From: Synechococcus sp.
Lineage (GTDB): Bacteria > Cyanobacteriota > Cyanobacteriia > PCC-6307 > Cyanobiaceae
Length of the DNA: 64,000 bases
Direction of reading: 5' to 3'
Assembly: GCA_047285535.1 (NCBI GenBank)
Contig: JBJBDC010000001.1
Span: 1,728,136-1,792,135 of the forward strand
The position numbers were made by a program, and so were the translations under genes. Under the pieces are notes generated by a model. The model did not search any database, was not told the DNA's origin, and saw nothing but the letters and a program-made list of their open reading frames with translations. Shown in pieces: positions 8,409-19,866 of this stretch (the stretch's first letter is position 1; the number at the start of each line of letters is the position of its first letter).

Positions 8409-8512
8409 GGCGGGAGACCTTGCGACGAGATGGGTGAATTTAAGGTAGCTCTGACATTTAGTGTGCCCTAGGGCCATCAAGGCCCCTGATCAGGTTTAGG
8501 TTTTGAGATTGA

Positions 8513-10183
<1,671 letters not shown>

Positions 10184-10200
10184 TGGAACACATGCGTGGG

Positions 10201-10515
10201 TTATCGCTTCGGTGATCCACGCCGAATTCTCTTGGCCTTGGGATGGCGATACACGGGATCCACAGCTTCCTCTTGGAGCTGACGGGTGGTCTCAATCGCA
10301 AATCCAGCAAGTCCTGTGGAGGCAATGACCATTAGATAAAACAATCGCATCCGGCGAACATCGAGCTCAGCGGGAGTGTTTTCAATTAAAACTTTCAAGA
10401 AATAAGCAAGGGCGCAGCCGATCATGAGGCCAACCGCAATCGCAGCCAACACTCTTGAACCGCTGAACGATTGAGTGGGTGATGTCTTCTTGGGGGATGG
10501 TGAATGTGATCCCAT
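10201..10515 (-). CDS. hypothetical two-TM membrane protein
   Basis: Two hydrophobic segments; its ATG overlaps the RND permease stop. Confidence 0.75.
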   Translation of the reverse strand: MGSHSPSPKKTSPTQSFSGSRVLAAIAVGLMIGCALAYFLKVLIENTPAELDVRRMRLFYLMVIASTGLAGFAIETTRQLQEEAVDPVYRHPKAKRIRRGSPKR

Positions 10516-13500
10516 CAGTTCAGTTGCGGATCAGTGGAGGGTTTGGCATCAGCCTGACCAAGCAGTGACTTCATCACCACATAAAAGACGGGAACAACCA
10601 ACGTGGACAGGAAAGTCGCCACTAACAAACCACCAAAGACCACCAAACCAAGAGAAGACTGACTTTGAGCACCGGCGCCAGTGGCCAGCATCAAGGGCAA
10701 AAATCCCGTTAAGGAAGAAATCGCTGTCATCAAAATCGGACGAAGACGAGACTGGGCTGCAAAACGAGCGGCATCGAGAGCTGATGCCCCATCGCCCATC
10801 TTCTGGTTTGCCAGGTCAACAATCAAAATGGCGTTGCCTCCGGCCAGACCGATCAGCATCACCAAACCCACCTGAGCGTAAATATTGAGCACCTGACCAG
10901 CAGCTGCAAGGAACACAAGAGCACCAAGGAGTGCCGTGGGCACCGTGAGCAAGATGATGATCGGATCGGTGTAACTCTCGTATTGAGCGGATAAAACCAG
11001 GAACACAGCCAGAATGCCAAGAGCGAAGATCACCACCGCAAGAGAGCCAGCTTTCACCTCCTCACGGGAGATACCAGTCCAGTCGAAATCAAGATTGGGG
11101 AAATTACCATTGGTGAAGATCGCCTTCATCGCAGTGATCGCCTGACCGGAACTCTTGCCTTCAGCCGGGGAACCCTCAATTTTGATTGAGCGATAGAGGT
11201 TGAAGTGAGGAATCACGCTCGGACCAGTTGTGGGCGTCACCGTGAAGAACTCCGCTAAAGGGATCTGCTCTCCTTTCGCGTTTTTGACGTAGATGGAAGA
11301 GAGCTGTTCGGAGCTGGCTCGACTGGAGTCATCAGACTGCACATAGACCCGACGCACTTTTCCTTCCTGGAAGGTGTCATTGACGTAACTGCCTCCGAAG
11401 TTGATGCTGAAGATCTGCATCGCAGACCCGAAGTCGACGCCGAGGGAAGCCATCTTTTCGCGATCAACCTTGACCTCCACCTGAGGCGCCTCGGGGGTGA
11501 ACAAAGTGCGCACACGACTGAGGAATGGATTGGCGTTACCGGCCTGGACAATCTGCCCAGCAAAACCAAAAAACTGATTGAGGCCAAAGGCACCGCTGCT
11601 CTGGTCCAGCAGCTGGAATTCAAAACCACCCCCAGCGCCGTATCCCGGTATGGCAGGAGGTTCAACGACAAACACCCTGCCGCCATCCACAGCCTTGAGC
11701 AGCTTTTGATTGAGTCTCTCCACAATGGCGGCCATGGTGTGTTCACTGCCCTGGCGCTCATCCCAGTGCTTGGTGCCGAAGAAGAACAAACCCTTATTGG
11801 GGGCATTGCCATCAAGACTGGCTCCGCTGAACAAGGCTGCGGACTGGATGTCGTCTTCGCTGCGCAAAATCTCTGCCACTTGGCGGTTGATCGTGAGAGT
11901 GGTTTCGTTAGACACACCATCGGGAGCTTGCACGACCCCAATCGCATACCCCTGGTCTTCAATCGGAACAAAGCCACCGGGAATGCGAGTAAAGGCAAAA
12001 CCAGTGAGCAAAATGCCTGCGGCCAGGGCTGCCATCACAATGGGTCGCGCCTTGAGCACCTGATCAAGAAGTTTCGAATAACGCTTCTCAAACCCTGCGT
12101 AAAAGCGATTGAAGTGAGTGAAGATCTCCGGAACAAACCAGCCGATACCAAGACCGATCGCCGTAAACAAAATGACAGGGATGAGATTGGTGACTCCAAC
12201 AAGGATCAACCCCACCACAGCACCTCCAACAGCACCAGGCATCCTCAAGGGAATCGATGAGATCTTCATGGCAACGAAACCAATCAAGGCCCCGATCACA
12301 GCGGGAACAAGCACCAGCGCGGCACCATCACCAGCACTCATCAAGCCGTAGGCAAAACCAAGACAAAGACCGGCTGTTGCATATTGCTGCTTACTCAACT
12401 CCTTGGTGTCTCGCTCAAGCAGCAACGCAGCCAGCATTGGCGAAAAGGTGAGAGCGTTGAAGGTGGAGATACCAATAGAGAAGAGGATCGTTGCGGCGAA
12501 CTGCTTATAAATCGTGCCTGTAGCACCAGGGAAAAACAGCACTGGCAGGAACACCGCCATTTTCACCAACGAAGTGGCGATCACGGCGCTGAACAACTCA
12601 TCCATGGTGGCCATGGCCGCTTGAACGGACGTGAGCCCCTCAGCTTTTTTGGCTGACGTGTCTTCAACAACGGTGATGGCATCATCCACCACAAGACCGG
12701 TGGCGAGCACCAGACCAAACAAGGTGAGCTGGTTGAGCGAGAAGCCAAAGACCAAGACCAAAGCAAAGGTTCCAATCAGTGCCACAGGAATGGCGATGGC
12801 CGGGACAAGAGTGGCCTTCCAGTTCTGCAGGAACAGGAAGAGAATGAGCACCACAAGAATCACGGCATCCCGTAGGGAATTGGTCACGCCCTTAATCGAC
12901 TGATTAATAAAGTCAGTCGTGTCGTAGATGACCTGAGTTTCCAACCCAACAGGGAGGGTCTGCTCGAACTTTTCGATCACCTCTTTCACACCATCAGACA
13001 CTTGAATGGCGTTACTACCAGACAACTGATAAACCGCGACACCCACGGAAGGAGTGCCTTTGAGGTCAATCGCGTCAACGCCATAGGCCTCTCCTCCCAA
13101 GCTGACTCGACCGACGTCGCGGAGTTTGATCAGACCACCGTCATCTGTCGTTTTTAAAACAATATTCTCGAACTCCTGCTCAGTCGTCAGACGACCCTGC
13201 AATTGAACAGTGAAGGTAAATTCCTGTCCTTTGGGAGCAGGCGAGCCTCCCACCTTGCCTGCAGGCACCAGACGGTTCTGACTATTGAGCTGATTCACCA
13301 CATCAGCGGAGGTCAGTCCATAGGCAGCGAGCTTGTCCGGATCCAACCAGAGGCGGAACGCCACCTTCCGATTACCAAAATAAGTAACCTCTCCGACCCC
13401 TGGAACACGCTTGATGTTGTCGGTGAGATTCTTGTCTAAATAACCGCTGATTGTCTCAACGCTGTATTCCGTCTTGGAGGGATCGGAATTGACGAAGTTG

Positions 13501-13925
13501 TAGACAAGCAGAATGGAGTTAGAGGCCTTGTTGACGGTGACACCGGCCTTTCTCACCTCCTCAGGCAGCTGAGGCTCCGCCAGGGAAACGCGGTTCTGCA
13601 CGTTCACCTGATTGATATTGCCATCGGTGCCACTGTTGAACGACACAGAGATCGAACTCACCCCATCCGAAGAGCTACTTGAGGTAATGAAATCCATATC
13701 CTCAACACCATTAATCTGCTGTTCGAGCACGGACGTAACACCCTGCTCTACAGAAACAGCATCAGCCCCTACATAGGTGGACTGCACTTTGACTGTCGGA
13801 GGAGCAATATCAGGGAGATTTTCAATCGGCAAAATGGGGATTGAAATCAATCCCACAATCACAATCAGAAGGCTGCAAACGGTACTGAGGACCGGCCGCG
13901 TGATGAAATTATTAGAGGCAGACAT
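10515..13925 (-). CDS. RND efflux transporter permease (HAE1/AcrB family)
   Basis: FITRPV N-terminus, PDIAPPTV, GLVVDDAI, RLRPILMT, LVVPVFY. Confidence 0.96.
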   Translation of the reverse strand: MSASNNFITRPVLSTVCSLLIVIVGLISIPILPIENLPDIAPPTVKVQSTYVGADAVSVEQGVTSVLEQQINGVEDMDFITSSSSSDGVSSISVSFNSGTDGNINQVNVQNRVSLAEPQLPEEVRKAGVTVNKASNSILLVYNFVNSDPSKTEYSVETISGYLDKNLTDNIKRVPGVGEVTYFGNRKVAFRLWLDPDKLAAYGLTSADVVNQLNSQNRLVPAGKVGGSPAPKGQEFTFTVQLQGRLTTEQEFENIVLKTTDDGGLIKLRDVGRVSLGGEAYGVDAIDLKGTPSVGVAVYQLSGSNAIQVSDGVKEVIEKFEQTLPVGLETQVIYDTTDFINQSIKGVTNSLRDAVILVVLILFLFLQNWKATLVPAIAIPVALIGTFALVLVFGFSLNQLTLFGLVLATGLVVDDAITVVEDTSAKKAEGLTSVQAAMATMDELFSAVIATSLVKMAVFLPVLFFPGATGTIYKQFAATILFSIGISTFNALTFSPMLAALLLERDTKELSKQQYATAGLCLGFAYGLMSAGDGAALVLVPAVIGALIGFVAMKISSIPLRMPGAVGGAVVGLILVGVTNLIPVILFTAIGLGIGWFVPEIFTHFNRFYAGFEKRYSKLLDQVLKARPIVMAALAAGILLTGFAFTRIPGGFVPIEDQGYAIGVVQAPDGVSNETTLTINRQVAEILRSEDDIQSAALFSGASLDGNAPNKGLFFFGTKHWDERQGSEHTMAAIVERLNQKLLKAVDGGRVFVVEPPAIPGYGAGGGFEFQLLDQSSGAFGLNQFFGFAGQIVQAGNANPFLSRVRTLFTPEAPQVEVKVDREKMASLGVDFGSAMQIFSINFGGSYVNDTFQEGKVRRVYVQSDDSSRASSEQLSSIYVKNAKGEQIPLAEFFTVTPTTGPSVIPHFNLYRSIKIEGSPAEGKSSGQAITAMKAIFTNGNFPNLDFDWTGISREEVKAGSLAVVIFALGILAVFLVLSAQYESYTDPIIILLTVPTALLGALVFLAAAGQVLNIYAQVGLVMLIGLAGGNAILIVDLANQKMGDGASALDAARFAAQSRLRPILMTAISSLTGFLPLMLATGAGAQSQSSLGLVVFGGLLVATFLSTLVVPVFYVVMKSLLGQADAKPSTDPQLN

Positions 13926-13934
13926 GTCTCAGCC

Positions 13935-15074
13935 TCAATTCTTGGCCGCAGCAGGTTGATCCCCTGCCCGCTGTGTTTTCAGCTGAATCGGCATCCCATG
14001 CTTGAGATTCAGGAGGTTGGTGGTAATGACCTTTTGGTTGAGCTTCAGTCCTTTAGAGACTGGATAGCGATTGTTTTGCAGAACGCCAATGACCACTGGT
14101 GTTTGCAATGCAAAAAGCGTGTTTGCGGGTAATACACCTTTCTTGATACCCAAACTCAGTCGCTCGATATCAGCTTTACCTGGGTTGGCTTTCAACTCAT
14201 CAAAGTTGCCAATGCGAAAGACGAAGCTCTGACCGGAGGTTTGAGTCACCGCGGCAAAGGGAACTGACAATTGCTGGGTCGTTTTCAATTGAACACGGGT
14301 CCTAAGCCTCTGACCACTACGGAGTAGACCATCATTGTTTTCAAACAGTGCTTTCACGAGCAACCCCTGTGTTTGGGGATTCACTTGGGGATCAATCGAC
14401 TCAATTTTGCTAATTGCCAGTGGCTTTGAATGACCTGGTGCAGTCAGAATCACAGGCTGTCCAAGGGCGAGCCGATCTCCATAGACTGAAGGAACTTCAA
14501 CCAGAGCTTCAAGGGTGTTGTTCTGAACAACACTCGTAAATGGCTGATTTTGCTGGACTACATCGCCGACCTTGACTCGTACATTCGCCACTGTGCCGTT
14601 GATCGGCGAACGCAAATTGCTGTAGCTCAACGTGGCCTCGAGGGACTTCACATTTTCAAGAGCCGCGAGGTAGCGCGTTCGATAAGAGTCGCGCTGACGA
14701 AGCGAGGCAGCACCCACTTTGGCTAGATATTCTTCCCTCTGCCAATCGATCTTTGCAGTGGCCGTCTTCGCCCGTTGCTCGGCTAATGCTGCTCGTTGCT
14801 GGGCCTGATCAAGAACGACCAATAACTGACCAGGACTGATCTGATCACCCTGCCTCATATTCAACTGGGTAACTCGACCAGACGTTTGAGCAGCCAACTC
14901 AACCAGCTCATAAGCCTCGAGGGTGCTCACGGTATCGATATCGTCCGTAAAGGGAGCTTCTAGAACCGACGCCTGCTGCACAGGTAGGGCTGGCCTCTTT
15001 TCAGCGGAGCCTCCACAAGCACTCACTGAAATTGCTGTCAACAGCACTGACAGCAATGATCTAAATCGCAGCAC
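13935..15074 (-). CDS. RND efflux periplasmic adaptor (MFP) lipoprotein
   Basis: Lipobox VSAC, SPINGTV..VKVGD lipoyl-like motif, IDPQVNPQT; directly upstream of the permease. Confidence 0.93.
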   Translation of the reverse strand: MLRFRSLLSVLLTAISVSACGGSAEKRPALPVQQASVLEAPFTDDIDTVSTLEAYELVELAAQTSGRVTQLNMRQGDQISPGQLLVVLDQAQQRAALAEQRAKTATAKIDWQREEYLAKVGAASLRQRDSYRTRYLAALENVKSLEATLSYSNLRSPINGTVANVRVKVGDVVQQNQPFTSVVQNNTLEALVEVPSVYGDRLALGQPVILTAPGHSKPLAISKIESIDPQVNPQTQGLLVKALFENNDGLLRSGQRLRTRVQLKTTQQLSVPFAAVTQTSGQSFVFRIGNFDELKANPGKADIERLSLGIKKGVLPANTLFALQTPVVIGVLQNNRYPVSKGLKLNQKVITTNLLNLKHGMPIQLKTQRAGDQPAAAKN

Positions 15075-15163
15075 AAATCCTGTGACGAACGGACAGATTA
15101 TGGATGAATTTCATCCAAATTTCGGTTCCAATCAGGCGAGAATTGAAACATTATGACCATCTT

Positions 15164-17368
15164 ATGGAGATGGGTCGGTTGGCAGATGATCTCTTCAGCC
15201 ACCACGGGAACCAACTGAGACGTCGTCAAGCGCCATTAGCTGACCGTCTTAGGCCGACAACGCTGGATGAATTTGCGGGCCAAGGGGCAATCCTCGCCGA
15301 AGGACGATTACTGCGTCGAGCAATTGCGGCAGACCGCGTTGGAAACCTGATCCTGCATGGCCCTCCTGGGGTCGGCAAGACAACCCTGGCCAGGATTATT
15401 GCGACCCACACAAGAGCTCACTTCAGCAGCCTGAATGCTGTTCTGGCGGGTGTTAAGGATCTACGGGAGCAAGTGGACTCAGCCAGGGAACGCTTGGAGA
15501 GACATGGCTTGCGCACCATTCTGTTCATTGATGAAGTGCACCGCTTCAACAGCGCTCAACAAGATGCGCTGTTGCCATGGGTGGAGAACGGCACGCTCAC
15601 CCTGATCGGAGCAACCACTGAGAACCCTTACTTCGAAGTCAATAAAGCTCTCGTGAGTCGTTCGAGGTTGTTTCGTCTTCAGAGTCTTGAAGCCAACGAT
15701 CTACGCCATTTGCTTCACAGAGCCCTTAGCGACAAAGAGCGTGGGTATGGCAATCGTGCTGTGACGATCACTCCAGACGCCGAGGACCACATGGTGGACG
15801 TCGCTAACGGGGACGCGCGCAGCCTTCTCAATGCCCTGGAACTGGCGGTGGAAAGCACATCGGCAACCAATCCAGAAGACAGGATTGAGATTGATTTGGC
15901 CATTGCCGAGGAATCCATTCAAGAGCGTGCGGTGCTCTACGACAAACAGGGCGACGCACACTTCGACACGATTAGCGCTTTCATCAAATCCCTACGGGGC
16001 TCCGATGCCGATGCCGCCCTGTTTTGGCTGGCGCGCATGCTGGAAGCCGGAGAGAACCCAAGGTTCATCTTTCGACGGATGTTGATTTCAGCCGGCGAAG
16101 ATATCGGTTTGGCAGACCCCCAGGCTGTTGTGGTGGTTGAAGCCTGTGCCGCGGCCTTCGAGCGTATCGGCCTTCCGGAAGGGCTTTACCCGCTCGCACA
16201 GGCAGCTCTCTACTTGGCCTGTGCCGAAAAAAGCAACAGCACGATGGGACTCTTTGAAGCCATCCAGCGGGTACGCAGTACTCAGCATCAGGATGTGCCG
16301 AGTCATCTCCGTGATGCGCATCGCGATGGTGAAGCCTTCGGAGACGGGCAGGGCTATCGCTACCCACACGCCTACAGAGAACACTGGGTTGCACAGCAAT
16401 ACCTACCCGATGCCCTGCAGGGGGAGGTCTTCTGGACACCCAGCAAACAGGGCTGGGAAGGACAAAGGCAAGAACGAATGCTCGTTCGTCGAGCAGCTCA
16501 GCTCGCAGTCGCCGCAGAGGCTGCCCATATGCACCCCCTACTACTCAGCAGTGGACCTGACCTACCCGAAATGGAACGCTGGCTCCACCGTCAGCTCTTA
16601 CAACACGACGAGCGCTTGCAAGAACTGCAACGACGACTCTGGGCAGGAGTGAACTTTCAACGCACAGACCGGGTGCTTGTGATTGGGGGGCGGTCCCTTC
16701 TCTGGGCCTTGGGTCCACTGCATGCGGTGAGGGACGGTGGCGTCACAATCCTGTGCTCCACAGATCATGAGACAACTCGACTGCAAGCACAGGTGGATGT
16801 CCTGGATCCACTTCATCGCCCCACACTCCTAAGAGGAGGCGTGGCGGCCCTAACAGCTCTTCCCCAAGACTTGAAATTCGAAGTCGTTGGAGGGCGATTA
16901 AGCACGGATGACCGAGGCCTCATTGCATCTCCTGAACTTTGGAATCTGCTGCAATCGAAACTCACACCAGCTTCAAAGCTGAACTTTCTACTCAGCCATA
17001 CAAAGGTCGGTCCTGCAGCAGCCCTTCTTGAAGAATGCTCACTCTCAACTGGAGACCTATCAGAGCTGATTGAGCAGGAGGAGCAATGGCTCCAAACTCA
17101 GCAACTCAATCCGCTGGTACTCACAGAGCTCGAACGGCTCTCAAAACCGGTGTCGACTGAGATTTGGGAAGAATCTCTCTCACTACCCATTGATGAGCGC
17201 CTCGAGAAACGCTGGCTGGGGGACAACCGTCCTTATCGAGCACTGATCAATCACTGCCAACAACCTGAAACGGTACTCAGCACACTTCAGCAGCTTTTAA
17301 AAACAAACTGGGGTGTCGCCCTTCCACAGCGAGTGATCCATCAACGCCTCTCGTGCCAGAAACAATAA
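15164..17368 (+). CDS. rarA: replication-associated recombination protein A (MgsA/RarA AAA+ ATPase) with C-terminal extension
   Basis: PLADRLRP, GPPGVGKTT, LFIDEVHRF, GATTENP, ISAFIKSLRGSD, EDIGLADP; start uncertain. Confidence 0.92.
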   Translation: MEMGRLADDLFSHHGNQLRRRQAPLADRLRPTTLDEFAGQGAILAEGRLLRRAIAADRVGNLILHGPPGVGKTTLARIIATHTRAHFSSLNAVLAGVKDLREQVDSARERLERHGLRTILFIDEVHRFNSAQQDALLPWVENGTLTLIGATTENPYFEVNKALVSRSRLFRLQSLEANDLRHLLHRALSDKERGYGNRAVTITPDAEDHMVDVANGDARSLLNALELAVESTSATNPEDRIEIDLAIAEESIQERAVLYDKQGDAHFDTISAFIKSLRGSDADAALFWLARMLEAGENPRFIFRRMLISAGEDIGLADPQAVVVVEACAAAFERIGLPEGLYPLAQAALYLACAEKSNSTMGLFEAIQRVRSTQHQDVPSHLRDAHRDGEAFGDGQGYRYPHAYREHWVAQQYLPDALQGEVFWTPSKQGWEGQRQERMLVRRAAQLAVAAEAAHMHPLLLSSGPDLPEMERWLHRQLLQHDERLQELQRRLWAGVNFQRTDRVLVIGGRSLLWALGPLHAVRDGGVTILCSTDHETTRLQAQVDVLDPLHRPTLLRGGVAALTALPQDLKFEVVGGRLSTDDRGLIASPELWNLLQSKLTPASKLNFLLSHTKVGPAAALLEECSLSTGDLSELIEQEEQWLQTQQLNPLVLTELERLSKPVSTEIWEESLSLPIDERLEKRWLGDNRPYRALINHCQQPETVLSTLQQLLKTNWGVALPQRVIHQRLSCQKQ

Positions 17369-17393
17369 AAAAGCCCTGGCAAAGCCAGGGCTT
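17366..17393 (-). terminator. intrinsic terminator
   Basis: AAGCCCTGGC-aaa-GCCAGGGCTT with an A-tract on the left (U-tract on the minus strand), downstream of 17419..18051. Confidence 0.85.
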
Positions 17394-17418
17394 GAAATGG
17401 CCAAAGCCATTATCTGGA

Positions 17419-18051
17419 TCACCAGAGGCCGCGCACAGGAGCTGGGTCAGCGGCGCGAGGAGCTGGAGCTGCAGGAAGAATCTGTCTGGCCTGAATGCAG
17501 GCAGGCAGGAAGACGTACCAAGACATCAAAGATGTGGCTTGGGCTCCATCGAGACCTTCCTTACAGACGTTCTGTGAACCATCAGAGGCTCCGTTGTCAG
17601 CAAGAGCGAAGTCAACAGGGAGAGCATTCAAGATGCCAGCAGAGGAGATTTGACCATCTGCAGCGTCCATGATGATGGCGGAGCGAAGAGCAACCACTGA
17701 GGTCTCTTGCTTCTTCCAATAGGGGTAGTAGCTCGTGGTCTGATCCTGCAAGAAGGCAACGCCATCGTCTGAATACAGGAAGCGGGACACTCCAACGAGA
17801 TCAACTTCGTAGGACTTGGTCATGCCTTGCTGAATTTCATCAGCAGTCCAACCGGAATTATTGATTCCACCTTGAAGACCGCGATCGGTGATCTCACCGT
17901 CAGCGAAGAAGGTCTTGAATGCTGCTGACTTGGTGGACCAAACAGCACCACCGGTTTTCCAGCGCACAGGGCGCTCGGCTGCTTCGGCGGCAACAGCCAG
18001 AGTTGTGAGAGAAGCGGCGGCGAGGACGCCAGCTGCAAGACGGGTGAACAC
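17419..18051 (-). CDS. exported protein, DUF1400-like, with Pro-rich tail ending PVRGLW
   Basis: Signal peptide ending AAEA; SRFLYSxxG and ALRSAII.DA.DG..S..G.L..LP pattern. Confidence 0.75.
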   Translation of the reverse strand: MFTRLAAGVLAAASLTTLAVAAEAAERPVRWKTGGAVWSTKSAAFKTFFADGEITDRGLQGGINNSGWTADEIQQGMTKSYEVDLVGVSRFLYSDDGVAFLQDQTTSYYPYWKKQETSVVALRSAIIMDAADGQISSAGILNALPVDFALADNGASDGSQNVCKEGLDGAQATSLMSWYVFLPACIQARQILPAAPAPRAADPAPVRGLW

Positions 18052-18217
18052 GGACGGTGGAGATATAGACGTCCATTAAAACTTAGACGTTGAAAAATGA
18101 AATGCCAACAAAAATCGTGGGTCCAGTACAAGGAAGTGTCCAAACTGAGCACAATTCGAACCAACCAAAACGAGTCTCACGAATCTCAAATAACCTGAGA
18201 AGAACCAGCCTCCTATT

Positions 18218-18727
18218 TCAATTCTCTGAGATATTCCATGACGTCCAACCTTCAGGACAAACGGAAAACGTCTGCTCCTTTGGGAGAGTAGCCAGGCCTC
18301 TGCACTGAAGTCTCACAAGCTTTTCTCCATTGAAATACACGACGGCAAGGTAACTTTCATCACCTCGTTTTGGAGTCAGCCATAAACGGGTGCTGCTGAC
18401 ATTCGTTTCCAGGTGAACATTCAAGCTCTCGTCGCTGCTCAAACCAAGATCCCTCAGCGATGAGGCGAATTGTCCCCAATAAAAACTGGCAAGCTGGCCG
18501 CGCACAAAGGCTCTGAGTAACTCTTTTGCTTGGCGACGCTGATTCAATGTTGCTTCTTGGTCATCAAGCTGCTGAATGAATTGCCCATCGGAAGACTGAA
18601 CCACTTCGATGGGAGCGGAGAACGGCTTGTGACTGAGAGCGACTACACCAAAGCATGCCAAAACGGTGGCAGCTGCAACCGTGGGGAAAGATCGCATCCA
18701 AGCCTGAGTCACACCAACCGGGAGCAA
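18218..18727 (-). CDS. hypothetical protein with type IV pilin G/H-like segment
   Basis: N-terminal TM, then AKELL..FVRGQ..FYWGQFASSLRDLGL...YLAVV...C...C; probable start ATG ~18697. Confidence 0.6.
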   Translation of the reverse strand: MLPVGVTQAWMRSFPTVAAATVLACFGVVALSHKPFSAPIEVVQSSDGQFIQQLDDQEATLNQRRQAKELLRAFVRGQLASFYWGQFASSLRDLGLSSDESLNVHLETNVSSTRLWLTPKRGDESYLAVVYFNGEKLVRLQCRGLATLPKEQTFSVCPEGWTSWNISEN

Positions 18728-18743
18728 GATCCCAAATCCACTC

Positions 18744-19388
18744 TCAACCTAGGCAAACCCTTCCACCATTCAACAGCTGTTCAGAAGCTGACACGATCGC
18801 CAAGGCCCAGGGGCCTATTTGGCGAGATTGGGCGAAAACCTCAACGCCGCTACCCCGGTGGCATGCACTCTGGCCATCAGCAGAGACGCTCCAATGCGAC
18901 AAATCTCGAGCCAATGATCCGTTGTGCCACTTGATCGCAGCTTCTTTGATCAACCAGTACTCCAGCACGGCCTGTTGCAAGTCATCTCGATCAAGCGCCA
19001 TGAGATGCTCCTGTTCAGCCAGTGAGTAATAGCGGCTCATCAATGCTTGAGCCGCAAACTGACGGTCCAAACGCTCCAGGTCGACCCCAATGGGTTCCGA
19101 CGACCATGCCATCAATGCAAATCCAGCACTGTGACTGAGACTGAGACAACCCCACCCTGAGGGCAAAGACGGCGGAGAGCCTGGCGGGGCATGCAAGGGG
19201 ATCTCCAAAGCCTCCAACCCCCATAAATCGCCCAAGCACAAGCGCATCCAGGAACGGGAGCCAAGAAAACGCTGCTGGCGCAACTGGCCCAAGCGGCTAG
19301 CCCATGTTTGTTCCAATGCGGTGACGCATGGTTGCGTTGAAGAAACAGGGCCAAGCCACAACACAGGTACGCTTCCGCTCTGGTTCAA
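18744..19388 (-). CDS. 4'-phosphopantetheinyl transferase (Sfp/HetI type)
   Basis: SLSHS, IGVDLE, WLIKEAAIK motifs; start uncertain. Confidence 0.9.
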   Translation of the reverse strand: MNQSGSVPVLWLGPVSSTQPCVTALEQTWASRLGQLRQQRFLGSRSWMRLCLGDLWGLEALEIPLHAPPGSPPSLPSGWGCLSLSHSAGFALMAWSSEPIGVDLERLDRQFAAQALMSRYYSLAEQEHLMALDRDDLQQAVLEYWLIKEAAIKWHNGSLARDLSHWSVSADGQSACHRGSGVEVFAQSRQIGPWALAIVSASEQLLNGGRVCLG

Positions 19389-19398
19389 GACTTCCTCC

Positions 19399-19866
19399 AT
19401 GACCTTGCAGATCGGCGATCTCGCGCCTGATTTCACCCTTCCTGACCAAAATGGAGAGCCATTGCAACTGGCCTCATTCAGGGGACAGCGCGTAGTGATC
19501 TACTTCTATCCCAAGGATGCCACCCCTGGCTGCACGAAAGAAGCCTGCAACTTCCGAGATCGTTGGTCACTGTTTCAGCAGCATGGAATCCAAGTGTTAG
19601 GGATTAGCAAGGACAACGCTTCATCCCATACGCGCTTCATCGCCAAGCAAGAGCTTCCATTCATCCTGTTAACGGATGAAGAGCCCTGCCCAGTCGCTAG
19701 CACCTATGACAGTTACGGCCTGAAGAAGTTCATGGGCCGTGAATTCATGGGGATGATGCGACACACCTTTGTCGTGGATGCGGAAGGACGCTTGGAATTG
19801 ATTTACAGAAAAGTGAAAGCAGAGTCCATGGCCGACCAGATCCTCAGCGATTTAGGACTCAGCTGA
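19399..19866 (+). CDS. bcp: peroxiredoxin Q / bacterioferritin comigratory protein
   Basis: GDLAPDFTL, YFYPKDATPGCTKEACNFRD. Confidence 0.96.
   Translation: MTLQIGDLAPDFTLPDQNGEPLQLASFRGQRVVIYFYPKDATPGCTKEACNFRDRWSLFQQHGIQVLGISKDNASSHTRFIAKQELPFILLTDEEPCPVASTYDSYGLKKFMGREFMGMMRHTFVVDAEGRLELIYRKVKAESMADQILSDLGLS

Noticed and set aside
11255..12260. Long alternative-frame and antisense ORFs within the RND gene (and similar ones in hrpB, rarA, nadB)
   Set aside because: Shadow ORFs expected in GC-rich coding DNA.
10515..15074. RND pump as the peroxidase exporter
   Set aside because: HAE1 pumps export small molecules, and the pump lies in core-like DNA separated from the island by pgm.
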